Source of the DNA: Scenedesmus sp. PABB004
Taxonomy: Eukaryota
Assembly (NCBI GenBank): GCA_014905635.1
Contig: JABVCE010000007.1
Location: forward strand, 1,116,001-1,180,000
Length of the DNA stretch: 64,000 bases
Direction: 5' to 3'
The stretch's first letter is position 1; every line of letters starts with the position of its first letter. Position numbers and translations under genes: made by a program. Below the pieces are notes generated by a model. That model did not search any database. It had not been told where the DNA came from and saw nothing but the letters and a program-made list of their open reading frames with translations. Positions 28,585 to 41,032 of the stretch are shown here, piece after piece.

Positions 28585-31500
28585 ATGCCGCCCGCGGGCG
28601 TGGCCGTCAACCTGGAGGAGCGTCTCGAAGAGGCGCGGACGAGCCACAAGCTCAACTATGGGTGCGGGTCAACGCCGCCGCCCGCGCCGGCCGCGCTCGC
28701 GTGAAACGCTGCGCCGCCAGTCGCCGGCGGCGCGCCCGGGCTGCCGGCCAGGTGGGCCACCGCGCTGCACGCGCCGCCGACGCCCGCGCCGCGCGCGCCA
28801 CGCGCCGCGCGCAGCTACGCGAGCCTGCCGTCGCTGCCGCCGGGCTTCGTGGAGGCCGTCAAGCGCGCCTGCCCCCACCTGGCCGAGCTGGAGCTGTCCA
28901 GGTGACCGCCGCGGGCCGCGGCGGCGAGCTGGCCAGCGCGACCCCGCAAGCGCGGCTGGCGGCCGTCGACGCGCGGCGCCCGCCGCCGCGCGCGCGCGCC
29001 CGCGCGCCGCGCCGCCCTCCGCGCGCGTGGCGCAGCAACACCCTCACCGACCTGCCGGACGACGTGGTGGAGCTGGCGGGGCTGCGCACGCTGCGGCTCA
29101 AGTACAACGCGCTGCGCCGCCTCCCGAGCGCGGTCACGCGCCTGCCCGGCCTCGCGGTGCTGGAGCTCAGCGGCAACCAGATCGCCCGCCTCGACAGCAG
29201 CGTGTCGCGGGTACGCCGCGCGCGGCGCGGCCGGCAGAGAGCAGGCGCGGGCGCGGCGGCCGCCGGCGCCGGCGCCGACGGCGGCCGCCGCCGCCGCCGC
29301 CGGCCGCGCAGCTGACGAGCCTGCGGGAGCTGGACGTGTCCGGCAACCTGCTGACGGAGCTGCCGCAGTCGCTGGCGAGCCTGCCGAAGCTGGAGGTGCG
29401 GCGGCGGGCGCGCCGGCGGCCGGCGGCGCGCGGTGGCGCCGGCCGCCGCGGCGCCAGGCCAGAGCCGCGGCCCCAGCGGCGGCAGCGGCCGCACACGCGG
29501 CAGGGCTCAGCGCACCCTCGGCGCAGGTGCTGCGGCTGGAGAACAACCGCCTGGAGGCGCTGCCCGACAACCTCGGCAAGGCGCCCGCGCTCGCCAAGCT
29601 CGACGTGTCGACCAACTGCCTGCGCACGCTGCCCGCGAGCCTCGGCCGGCTGCGGCGCATCCAGCGCATCGACGCCGCCAACAACAGCCTGGTGCGCGGC
29701 GCGCCGCCTGGCGGCCAGGCCGCACCTCCGCGCGCCGCCCGCCGCGCGCCGCGCGTCGAGCCCCCGCTGCGTGCCGCGCGCCGCGGCGCCCGCAGGCGCG
29801 CGTGCCGCCGAGCATGGGGCACCTGAAGACGCTGAAGGAGCTCAACCTGCGCTACAACGCCCTGGACGACCGCTACCGCGCCAAGGCGGACGAGGGGCTC
29901 AGCAGGCGCGCCGCACGGCGCCCGGCGCGGCGCGGGCTGGGCGGGGCCTCCTGCGGGCGCAGCCACGCCGGCGCCGCCCGCGCTCGCGCGACAGCCCGAC
30001 CGGGTGTGCGCACAGCGCCGCCGCGCCCCGCCGCCGCCGCGCGCAGGCTGCTCGCGTTCCTGCGCGAGGAGGAGGAGCGGGAGCGGCTCGAGGAGATGGA
30101 GCGCCTGCGGCCGGTCGGCACCGCGGTGGGGCCCTACATGGAGTTTCGGTGCGCGCCCCCGCCCCGGGCGGCGGGCGCGCCGGCGCGCCGCGCGTGGCCG
30201 CCGGCGGCGCAGCCGCCCAGGCCCACGCGCCGCCGTCGCCGCCGCCGCGGCTGCCAGGTGCAAGGCCGAGCCGGCGCAGACGGTGCAGACCGATTATGGC
30301 GAGTTTTCGGTCGACAACCGGCTCTGGGTGCGCACCGGCTACAGCCTCACCCAGGTGCGGCCGGCGGCGGCGGCGCCGCGGCGAGCGGGCCGGCAACGGG
30401 GCCAGCCAGTTGCAGCTGGCAGGCGCAGGCCGGCCGGCGCACGCGCCCACTGCGCCCGCGCCGCGCCCCTTCTGCAGGTGAACAACGTCGCGTACGTCTT
30501 TGGCGGGCAGCCCGTCAAGGGCGGCGCCGTGTCGAACGAGCTCTTCTGGATGACGAGCGAGCGCATGGAGTGGCACGCGCAGCCGACGCGCGGCGACCGC
30601 CCCGCGGGGCGCTACGGCCACGTCGCGGTGTACGACCCGGACCACCACCAGCTCGTGGTCTTTGGCGGCCGGTGCGCGCGGCGCGGCGCGGTGCAGGCCG
30701 GGGCGGCGCGACATGGGGTGCCTTTGCACGGGCCCACCGCTGCGCGGCACCCCCCGCCCCGCGCCGGAGAGCAACGCGCCGCCCCGCGCCGCGCAGCAAC
30801 GCGGACCGGAAGCGCCTCGCCGACGTGGCGGCGCTGGACCTGGACTCCTTCACCTGGCGCCGCCCGGCCGTGTGCGGCGCGCCGCCGAGCGCGCGCGCGA
30901 GGGCGCGGCGGCGCTGTACCACGCGGGGCGCATGCTGGTCTTTGGTGCGCGGCGGGCCGGGCCGGGCCGCACTGCGCGGCCGCGCGGCGCCCCCTGGGTT
31001 TGACCCCGCCGCCGCCGCCGCAGGGGGCCACGCCACGGGTGGCCGCACCAACGACCTGCTGCTCCTGGAACTCTCGGGCTGGGCCTGGAGCCAGCCGAGC
31101 ACGACCGGCGCCGCGCCCAGCCCGCGCAGCGCGGCGGCCATCACGGGTGCGGCGGCACCGGGGTCGCGGCGGGCGCCACCACTGGCCGCAGGGCGGGCGG
31201 CGCGAGTCGGCGCAGCAGCCGCGGTCACCTCACCTCACCTCACCCGCCCGCCCGCTCGTATTCGCGCCCGCCCGCTCGCCTTCCACCCGCAGTCGCCAAC
31301 GGGCACTACCTGGCCATCCACGGCGGGCGCAACAACTTTGTGCTGGACGACATGCACTTGCTCGATCTCCTCACACGCACATGGATCGACGTAAGCTGGG
31401 CACAGCGGGCCAGCCACCGCGCGCGGCGGCGGGAGCGCGGCGGCGGCGGAGGGGCGCGCGGCGCGCCCACGCAGACGACGGCGCCGCGTCGCAGGTCGCG

Positions 31501-34500
31501 CCGCGCGGCAGCCTGCCGCCGCCGCGGCACGGGCACGCGCTGCACGTGCACGGCGACGCGCTGTACCTGTTTGGCGGCGTCGATGAGCTCGGCGCGCCGA
31601 GCGTGGCGCTGTTCCGCGCGCCGCTGTCGCGGAGCGCGATGGACGCGGCGGGCGCGCGCGCGCGCGGCGGGCGGCGCCGGCGGCGGCGACGCGGGTGTGT
31701 GGGCCGCCGCGGCGCGGCGGCGCCGGCGCGCCGGCAGAGCGCCGCGCGCGCGGCGTCGACGCGGCCGCCGCACCACCCCCGCCTCGCGCGCCCGCAGGCG
31801 ACGGCGGCGGCGCGGTGGAGGTCGAGTGGGCCGAGCTGGACGCTGAGCTGCCGTTCAACCGCGCGCGCGGCGCGGCGATGGCGGGCGGGTCGCTGCGCGT
31901 CTACCAGCTCGGGTCCGCCGCGCTCGGCCGCGCCGCGAACGACGACGACGCCGAGCGCGGTGCGTCGGCGTCGGCGCGCGCTGCTCGCCGCCGGGCCGGG
32001 CCGAGCCGAGCCGGGCTGAGCGCGGCACTCGTGCCCCCGCAGGCCTGGCGTTCTGGGATGTGTTCAAGACGGCGCGGCTCGACGCGCTCAAGCCCAGGCC
32101 CTCGGCGGCGCCCGGCGACGGCGAGCGCAAGCCCGGCGGCGCGGCACGGCCGCAGGCGAGCTCCACCAAGGCGAGCCGCGTGCAGCACGCGACGCACAGC
32201 GCGGCCAAGATGCCGCCGGCCTTCACCTCCAACAGCGCCAAGGAGGCGCGCCTGCTCGCGTACGTGGCAGACTGGCAGCGCGTCTTCGGGGAGCTCTACC
32301 CCCACCGGTGGGTGGGTGGGTCGATGCGGCGCGCCGGCGCGTGCGCGGCGGCGGCGGGCGCGCCCGTCCGTGTTGTCGCGTCGCTCCGCCGCCGCGGGCA
32401 GCCCGGAGCGAGAGAGGCTCGAACGGCGGCGAGCGGTCACGCGCGCGCCTCTGCCGCCTCCGCGCGCCGCAGGCGGCCGATGCCGCTCGCGCCGCTGAAC
32501 GAGTGCGGCGTGCCCAAGTTCCTCTGCTCCGGGCTGCGCCCGAGCCTGCCGCCATACCCGCAGCTCCACAGCCTCGACGGCGCGGCGCGGTTTGTGGCCG
32601 AGCTCCTGACCTACGAGCCCCTCGCCGACCCGCTGCACTCGCCGGCGCACCTGCCGAGCCCGCACAGCGTGCTCGCGTGGCAGGCGGCCGACGCGTTTGA
32701 CGCGGCGGGCGTGCTCGCGTCGCTGCTGCTCGGCGCGGGGTTCAACGCGTACGCCGTCATGGGCTATGCGCCGCACGCGATCACGCTCAACGACCAGACC
32801 GACGCCGAGTGCCCCGCGCTGCAGGAGCCCGGCGCCGGCGAGGCGGGCGCCGCGGGCGTGGGCGGCTCGGCGGCGGGGCAGGCGGCGCAGCGGCCGCCGG
32901 CGGGCAGCGGCGGCGGCGGCAGCGGCAGCGGCGCCGGCGGCGGCAGCGGCAGCGGCAGCGGCAGCGGCGCCGGCAGCGGCAGCGGCAGCGGCAGCGGCAG
33001 CGGCAGCGGCAGCGGCAGCGGCAGCGGCAGCGGCAGCGGCAGCGGCAGCGGCAGCGGCAGCGGCAGCGGCAGCGGCAGCGGCAGCGGCAGCGGCAGCGGC
33101 AGCGGCAGCGGCAGCGGCAGCGGCAGCGGCAGCGGCAGCGGCGGCGGCGGCGGCAGCGGCAGCGGCAGCGGCAGCAGCAGCAGCAGCAAGGCCGGTGCCA
33201 GCGGCGGCAGCGCAGCCGGCACAGCCAGCGGCAGCAGGCCCGGCGGCGGCGAGGGCGGCGCAGCGGCGCCGGCGCGTGGTGACGAGCCCGGCAAGCGCAG
33301 CAAGTACCAGGTGCGGCCACGGCCGCAGCTGCTCAGCAAGTTCCTGCTGGAGCACGGCGGCGACGGCACGCTCGCGAGCAGCGAGGAGCCCGCGGCCAGC
33401 GCCGCGCAGGTGGGCGCGGGGCAGCGGGGCGGCGGTGCGCCGCGCGCGCGCGTCTGTGCGCCCAGCCCGAAACCGCGCTCACCACGCGTGCCGGCCACCA
33501 CACCGCAGTCGCCGGAGCCAGGCGCCCCAGCCGCCGAGGGTGAGCAGGAGGAGGCCGACGACGAGGCGGGCGGCGCCGGCGGCCCCGTGGCGACGCAGGA
33601 GCAGGAGCAGCCGCCGCCGCGGCGGCAGCGGGACAACCGCGTGCACGCGTGGGTGCTGGTGCTGCCAGGGCGGCGAGAGGTGCGCGTGCGGCGCTGCCGA
33701 GCAGGCACACCCGGCCTGCGCGCCGCGTGCATGCGCGCAGCCAACCAGGGCCGCCGCCGCCGCCGGCGCAGGTTGCCGAGCCACTGTTCATTGAGCCCGC
33801 CACCGGGCGGCGCGTGAGCCCGGCCTCGCCGGCCTGCCCCTACACCGGCGTGGAGCTGGTGTGGAACGCCTGCAACGCCTGGGTCTGCATGCAGGTCGGC
33901 GGCGGGCGCGGCGCGCCGCGGCGCGTGCTGCGCGCGCAGCTCCTGCCAGCCCTTCGTCCGGCCCTGCTGACGGCGGCTGCGCGGCACCGCAGGCGCCGGA
34001 GCCGCACTCGGACTCGCGCGCCGCGCCGGCGTCGATCAGCTGGGACCTGGCCAACCCTGCGCTGTGGGAGGCGGTGCTGGACGAGCGGCAGACGCGGTGC
34101 GCACGCTGCGGCGCGTGCCAGCTGAGCTGACCGCGCCGCGCCCACGCCTCGCCGCCGCGCCTGCCACCGCCGGTGCGGGCACACGCGCGCGCCGCAGGCC
34201 GCCGCGCAGCGAGCCGTCGCCCGACGCGGGACGGGGCGGCGCCGCCGGCGCGCTGCCTGCAGGCATGACCTCGCGCGCGGGCCTGGGCAGCACGCTCAAC
34301 GCAATGGGCAGCATGCTGACAGGGCGCCCGCTCACGCCGAGCTCGCTCAACCTGCCGCGCGCGGCCGCGCCCGCGTCGGCGGGCGGCGCCGGCGCCGGGC
34401 CGCCGCCCGGCACACCCGGGCTCGGCGGCGTGCTCAATCGCGTGGCGAGCCGGCCGGTGCCGCAGCTCGGCGGCGGCGTGGCAAGTGAGTCTGGGGCGCC

Positions 34501-37056
34501 AGACGCAGGGCCGGGCCGGGGCGCTCAGCGTCTGCCGGCGCCGCGCTCAGCGTCTGCCGGCGCCGCAGGCAGCACGGGCTTTGGCAGCGGCGGCGGCGGC
34601 GGGACGGGCACGCCGCGCGGCACCGACAGCGGCCGCGGCGGCGTGGAGGGCTCGACTGGCGGCACGCTGGCGGCCGGCCCGCCCAGCAAGGCCGCGAGGT
34701 CTGAGTATGCGCGCTCCGAGTATGCGCGCAGCGAGCTGGGCGACGGCAGCGCCGCCGGTGCGGGGCGCGGCGGTGGGGGCCCGGTGCGCGCGGCCGACGG
34801 GCAGCAGCGCGCCGGCCGAGCAGGCCCGCCCACCGCGCGCGCCCCGCACGCCGTGCAGGCGGCGCCGCCGCGGACGAGGCGGGCCCCGAGGCCGACCTGC
34901 TGCCCGACCTGCCGCCGAGCTGGGTGCCGAAGCTCACCATCCCACGCGACGTGCTCGACATGCGCTGCCCCCGGGTGCGGCTGCGGTGCAGCCAAGGCGC
35001 AAGGCCCAGGCCCGCAGTCGCCGCGCTGCCCGGCAGGGGCCCGCGGCGCACGGCACACGTCGGCGCCACCGCCCCGCTGACGCCGCCGCCGCGCCGCCAG
35101 GGCTCACGCACCACGCTGTACCGGCGCTGCAGCCACGAGATCTTTGCTGGCTACGGCGAGTGCGCGCGCTGGGACGGCCTGGTGGAGCGCATCACGCTGT
35201 ACGCCGACGACGCGCGGCACGCTGTCGCCGAGGTGTGTGCGCGCGGGCGGGCCCGCGGCGGCGGCGCGTCCCGGGCTGCGCGCGCGTGCAACAGCCTCGA
35301 GGCGTTTGGTTGGCCCACCGCCGCGCGCCCACGCAGGTGCGCGAGCTCTTTGCGCGGCGCAAGGACAAGCTGCGCGAGCGGCGCACCTACCCGCCCCAGG
35401 ACGCGGTGGAGGTGCGCCGCGGCGCTCGTACCCGCGGCCCGGGGGCTGGCCCCCGCCGGCCGCTCACACGCAGCCGCCGCCGCCGCCGCTTTTGTGCGCG
35501 CGCCAGGAGTTTTTCCTGCCGGGCAGCCTGTTTGCGGTGAAGCACCTGCACGCCGTGCGGGGGCGGCGGCGCGCGATCGACTTTTACGCCCCCGCCCGCC
35601 TCGACGGCCTCGCGTGCCGCGAGGAGGTGCTGGGCGTGAAGATGACCGAGGCCTTTGTCGGCCGCGACGACCGACTCACCTACCGCAGCGCGACGTACGG
35701 CGCGCCCGGCGCGCCCGGGGGAGCGCCGCCGGCGGCCGGCGCCGAGCCCGGCGCCGGCGCTGGCGCGGGCGCGGGCGCGGGCGTGGGGCCGGGCGGCGAG
35801 CGCGCGCTGCCAGTGGTGAAGGTCACCGAGAAGTTTGACCGCGACCCCGGCGCGCCCGCGGACGCCGACGTCGCCAAGCGCACCTTCCACGTGTTGGCGG
35901 GGCGCACCGTCGTGTGCCACCACCTCGGCGACGGCCGGCTCACCGCGGGCAGCCTCGTGTTCACGCGCGACGGCCAGGCGCAGGCGGTGCAGGTGCGCGC
36001 GCGCGCGTTGCGCGTTTGTGCCGCCGCGCCCGCCCCGCCGAGACCACCGCCGGCTCACGCGCGCCTGGCCGCAGGTCGACCCGCTCGCGCCCAAGCCCTG
36101 CGCGCGCGCGCTGCTGGAGACGTACCGGTCGCTGCAGGCGGCGGAGCGCGCGGTGCTGCAGGCGGTGCGGGACAGCGAGTGGGAGGGGCGCGAGATTGCG
36201 CGCACGCGCGGCAGCCAGGAGCAGACCATCGCGCTGGAGGTCCCCTACTACGACGCGCCGCGCGTGCAGGTGGGGTGTGGGCGCGCGGCGCCGGGTCGTC
36301 TGCCGTCTTGCCCGCCGGGAGCCGCCGCGGGCCACGCGCGCGAGGCAGAGCGCGCGCCGCGTCCCCCGCCGCCTCCCGGTGCGCAGGCCGACGACAGCGA
36401 CGACGAGCCGCCGGACAGCGAGGGCGCCGGGTTTGACTACCTGCTGCCCTTCCTGCCGCCGGGTGAGGCCGCCGGCGCTCTGAGCGCACCCGGGCGGCGC
36501 AGCACGCCCGGGTGTGTGGGTGCTGCGCGCGCAGCCGGCCACCACGCGGGCTGGTCTCACCGCGCGCTGCCGCCGCTCGCCGGCCGCCAGGCACGGCGGT
36601 CAGCGCGGCGGCAGGCGGCGGCGGCAGCCTCACGCACGAGCAGGCGCTCGCGGTGCGCGAGCGCTGCCTGCGGGCGCTCAAGGACCGGCTCATCGAGCGT
36701 GCCAACATCATCCAGGTGCGCGGCGCAGCAGGGGCGCGGCTGGAGCGCAGCCCAGCCAGCCAGCACCCACCCCACCTGTGCGCCGCGCGCCCCGCGCGCG
36801 CCCGCGGCAGGCGCGCCTGGACGAGGAGCAGGCGGCGCTCGAGCGGCGGCAGGCCGCGTTTGCGCGCGACCGCGGCGCGCTGAGCGCGGAGGAGGAGGCG
36901 GAGCACGAGCGCGGCGCGGACGAGGCGGCCTTCCGGCTGGCCATCCTGGCGCGGCGGCTCGCGCGGCACGAGGAGGCGGCGCTGGCCAAGTACCACGCGC
37001 TCGACCGCCGCCTGCGCGGCGACGCGCGGCTCGCGGTGCTGCTCGCGCCGCTGTGA
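28585..37056 (+). CDS. DRC7: Dynein regulatory complex subunit 7 (DRC7/FAP50/CCDC135 family) with N-terminal LRR and Kelch regions
   Basis: LRR exons (LRTLRLKYNALRRLP, LDVSGNLLTELP) and Kelch exons (YVFGG, RYGHVAV, LVVFGG, LYLFGG) splice in frame into DRC7 motifs: LNECGVPKFLC, LPSPHSVL, ASLLLGAGFNAYAVMGYA, VHAWVLVLPGRRE, FIEPATG, WDGLVER, DYLLPFL and LIERANIIQARL. There is one apparent frameshift at about 30890. Confidence 0.85.
32903..33187 (+). repeat. (GGCAGC)n coding repeat giving a long Gly-Ser linker within DRC7
   Basis: Hexamer repeat in frame with the DRC7 exon, translating as GSGSGS... Confidence 0.9.
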
Positions 37057-37243
37057 GCGGCTCCCGCGGGTCACACGGCCGGCGGTGCCGCGCGCGACGC
37101 GCACAGGCAACAACAAGGCCCCGACACCGCGTGCTGCGGCCAGGCGACAAGCTCTAGAGACCTCCCTCCCCCGCGCAACAGCCGCCGCGCCAGCCCTCAC
37201 ACAGCTCGGCCAGGTCGCCGCCCAGGTCGCACCCCGACAGCGG

Positions 37244-38447
37244 CTATGGCCCGCCCGCCGCCTCACCGCCCGCGCCCCGCATGGCGCGGCGCCGCCGGCT
37301 CCTGCCGCCGCTCGCGGCCTCGGGCGCCTGCGGCGCGCCCGCCGGCTGTGCCACCGGCGCAGCCGGCGCAGCCAGGGGCGCCGCCGGCGCCGGCTGCACG
37401 GCCAGTGGGGCCGTGAACGGGGAGCTGCGCTTGGCAAACGCGCCGGGGCCCAGGAGCTCCAGGATGAGCGGCTTCAGCGGGCCGTGGTTGCGGTTGTTGG
37501 AGCAGATGTGGAGCGATTGCTTGTAGGGGTTTTTGTTCCGCGCCTGCGCGCCGTGGCGGCGGTTGCGGCGTCAGCGGCGGCGCCAGCGCGGTGCCGCGAG
37601 CGCGCACGAGGCGGTGCCGCACCTTGCTGGTGGCGTGCTCAAACTCACTCGCGCTGGCGTACTCCAGGCCCGTCGGCAGCCCCATGACACGGTCCAGCTC
37701 CAGCACGCGCACCTGGCGGGGGCGTGCGAGCAGCGGTGGGGTTGGGCTTGTGAGAGTTGCCGGCCTGGCTGAAGGGGGCCCGCGCGCGCCCAGGCGCAAG
37801 GCGCGCGCCGCCAGCCGCCGCACCGCGCGGGAGAGACTGAACGGCTTCCCGTCGTCGGGGGCCGAGTCGAGCACGGCCACCGCGCGCGCCGGCTTCCCCG
37901 CCTGCGCGCCGTCCGGCCAGACGCCGCACTCCACAAACAGCCAGTAGCGGGCGCGGCTTGCGTACGACGCGTCAACGCCCTTCAGCATCGTCTCTGCTGC
38001 TTCGCGCTGCGCCTTCGAGGCGGTTGGGCTGGCAGCCGCCAGCATCTGCTGGGCGCAGCCCTCCACAGAGGTGTCCACCCCAGCAAAGCGGCCGGGCACC
38101 ACCGCCAGCGCGCCGCCCGGCGTGCCCTGGCCCGCGCCTGGCAGCGTGCCCGGCCGGCTCGCCGGGCCAGCCGCCGCGGCGGACCAGCTCCGGCGCGTCG
38201 CCTGGACCTGGAGGGCGGGGTGGCGCGTGGCAGGGACGGTGTCGGCAAGCGGCCGCGCAGCCGGCGGCCGCAGCGCGCGCCGCGCTGCGCCGCTGCTGCG
38301 CCGCCGCCGTGCCTGCTCGCTGCGCGCCGGCCCCCAGCCAGCAAACCGTGCGTGCGCGTAGGCCAGCGAGGCCTGCCTCGCGAGGCGGGGGCTGCTGGCG
38401 GGCGCCGCCGCCGCCGCCAGGCCCGCGCGGGCGCAGCGCAGCAGCAT
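37244..38447 (-). CDS. Unknown protein with a SAND-like domain and a transit-peptide-like N-terminus
   Basis: Removing introns 37713-37823 and 37544-37622 gives ...YWLFVECGVW...YASASEFEHATSKARNKNPYKQSLHICSNNRNHGPLKPLILELL...; stop TAG at 37244-37246. Confidence 0.65.
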
Positions 38448-38663
38448 GGTGCTCCCGGCGTGCGTGGCGTGGCGCGTGCGCGGTCGTGCGGCGTGAGTGT
38501 GAGATGGTGGCGGGGCGCGCCTCGCGCTGGGCAGCGCCGCGGTTGAGCGCGGGCGCCGTCATTTTGGCGGGGCGCGGCCAGACGGCCACGCCGGCCACGA
38601 GGCCGCCTGGTTGCGCTCGAGGCACCGCCACAGACCTGACGCGTGGGCCTCGCGCTCGCATCC

Positions 38664-39885
38664 ATGGCTTCCCTGCGAGCGGCCAGCTGCTGGCAGCGCG
38701 GGGCAGCGGCGCTGGCGCGCCCCACCGCCGCTCCCTCCCGCCTGGCGCCAGGCCGCCTCGCAGCTCCCAGAGACAGCCTCACGCCTTCCAGCGGGGTGCG
38801 GCGCGGCGGCAGCACGCATGCGGCCGGTGGCTGGGCGGCGAGCAGCGCTGCCGCGCGCGTGCCGGCGGCGCACGGCCGGCCGTGCGCCGCCAGGCCTGGC
38901 CGGCCTGCTTCGGCAGCCTCTTACCCACCTGCCGCCTCTGTCACCTGCCGTGACGCCGCAGGCGGGGCTGCACTGTGCCCAGCAGGCGCGCGCCGCCCGC
39001 TGCGCGCGCGTGTCGCCCGGCGTGGTTGGCGGCGGCGCGCTCGGCGGCGACGTCGAGCCGTCGGGGCGAGCTCCCTCCGCCGTGATGGCCTACAGCATCA
39101 TGGGCGCCCTCACCGAGGCCATCAGCTCTGCCCCGGCGCCCGCGCAGCACAGCCCTGAGTTCACGGCGCGCGTGGAGGCAACCGCTGCGCTCATGCAGGA
39201 GCTGCAGGACGAGGACGGCGACTACAGGCAGGTGGCGTGGCTGGTCGTTCAGTGCGGCGACTGGCAGCTCGATGTCAGAGGCACAGGCGCCGGCCGGCCC
39301 GCGCGCGCGCTGCTGCGCGTGAGCGGCTCGCCCGGGTGCTGGTGGGAGCCGCCGCGCAACATGATGGCGCTGCCGCTTGGCGACGACGGCCTGCCCTGGC
39401 CGCGCGGCGGCGCGTGGCCCAGCGGCCAGCTGCGGCGCAGCGCATTCTGCCCCGTGAGCATCGGCTTCTTCAAGAGCTTGACTAATGCACCTCAGCAGCA
39501 CGCCTGGCAGGCCTGCAAGGTTCTCCACGGGGGCGTGGAACTGGCGAGCTTCAGGGCTTTCCTGGACTACCTGCGCAGCCGCAGCAGCCAGCCGGGCGAC
39601 GACAGCGCGAGCAGCCTCGCGCCGCAGCCGGGCGCCGCCGTGCCCCAGCCGCGCGCTGTCGGCGAGCTGCTGACCGGCGCCCTTGCGGTCCCGCCACCGG
39701 CTGGCGGGCTGCCCGACGGGGCGCCCGGGGCCAGCACACTGCAGTGTGCTGGCCAACAGCTGTCGGCGTGGGTGGCGCTGAGGCGCGGGCTGGCGGCACT
39801 GAGGCGCGGGCTGGCGGTGCACAGCGGCGCGCTGGTGCTGATGTTCCTGATCGCGCTGGCAGCGGTCAAGCTGCTCGCGCCGTAG
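38664..39885 (+). CDS. Unknown protein paralogous to its left neighbour, with a transit-peptide-like N-terminus and a C-terminal transmembrane segment
   Basis: Exon 1 MASLRAASCWQRGAAALARP... joins through intron 38796-38961 in frame to ...AWLVVQCGDW...GAGRPARA...; the protein ends ALVLMFLIALAAVKLLAP*. Confidence 0.65.
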
Positions 39886-40153
39886 CGCGCGCCGGGCGCG
39901 CGCCCGCCGGGCACGGGAGGCGCGCGAGCGGCAGGCAGCGATGCAGCCCCGCAGGGAGGCATGCGCGGCCGCCGGCGCGGTGCTGGCGCGGCTGTGCCGG
40001 GTGGGGGTCCAGAGTTGTCGTGCGGCTGCGGCGTTGCCACTCCCCGCACGTGCGCCGCCGAGGTTGACCACGCAGCGCGGCCGGCCAGCCCCCTGCGCTG
40101 CAGCCCGCTGAGCCGGCACAGCCGCCCGCCCGCCGGTCGGCGCCCGCGCCGCC

Positions 40154-40840
40154 TCACATGCGCGTGGCGGGCGAGCCCGGCGCGGCCGCGGGGCCGGGCC
40201 CCGGCGCGTAGCCACGATTCTCCACGCTCTGCCCGCCGCGGTCCTGCGCGCGCGGCGCCGGCAGCGGTCGCGCGGCGCGCGCGCGCGGTCGGCGCCCCCG
40301 CGCGCGGCGCAGCGCCGGCGCTGCTTCAGCTGGCGCGGGCGTGGCGAGCAAGCCGAGCTCTAGTTGCAGTTGCAGGTCGCTCGCGCTGCGCCCGCCTGCG
40401 GCCGCCCACCTTGATGCCAAAGGCCTTGTTCACGCCGGCCTGCAGCGGCTTGGTCGTCGCGGGCGCACCGCCAAGCAGCGCGGGCAGGACGAAGAGCACG
40501 CCAGAGAGGAAGATGCTCGCGACGGCGACAAAGGCCACGATCGAGCCGTCCCGCTCGCGCTCCGTGCGCGGCGCCTCGGGCAGCTGCACCGTGCGCTGCT
40601 TGCCTCCGCGGCGGCCGCCGGCGGGGGCGGCCTTGGCGTTGGCGGCGCGGCCACGGCTGCCCGGCGCGCCTGCGTGGCGCGGCGCGCCGCGTGGCGTGGG
40701 GGCCCGGCCGCTGCCGCCGCCGCCCGCCCGAGCCGCGGCCCACCCTTGAACGCCACCACGCGGAGCGTGGCGCGGCCACCAGGCCTCGGTACGGGCGCCC
40801 GGAGCGCGCAGGGGCGCGAGCAGGCGGCGAGAGCGGTCAT
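40154..40840 (-). CDS. Small putative plastid-targeted single-pass membrane protein
   Basis: Transit-like MTALAACSRPCALRAPVPRPGGRATLRVVAFK, a hydrophobic SIVAFVAVASIFLSGVLFVLPALLG segment, and two GT-AG introns. Confidence 0.6.
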
Positions 40841-40995
40841 GGCGGCGGCGGCTATGACTCCACCGGTGGAGTCGCGAGCGCGCGACGGCGGGCGTGCGGC
40901 GCGGCCGGCCGAGCGGGGGCTGAACGCTGCGCTGGGGATGCTGCCACTGCCACGGGCTGTGCGACTGGGCGTGAACGTCATCCGGGATGCGCGCG

Positions 40996-41000
40996 TTACA
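40996..41000 (-). terminator. TGTAA polyadenylation signal of NOP16
   Basis: TTACA on the plus strand, about 32 nt downstream of the NOP16 stop. Confidence 0.65.
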
Positions 41001-41032
41001 AACGTCGGCGACGTCGCCTCGGCAGGGCGGCG

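Noticed and set aside
31901..33794. Poly-Ala, poly-RC and poly-LP ORFs
   Set aside because: These are alternative frames and the antisense reading of the GGCAGC coding repeat in DRC7.
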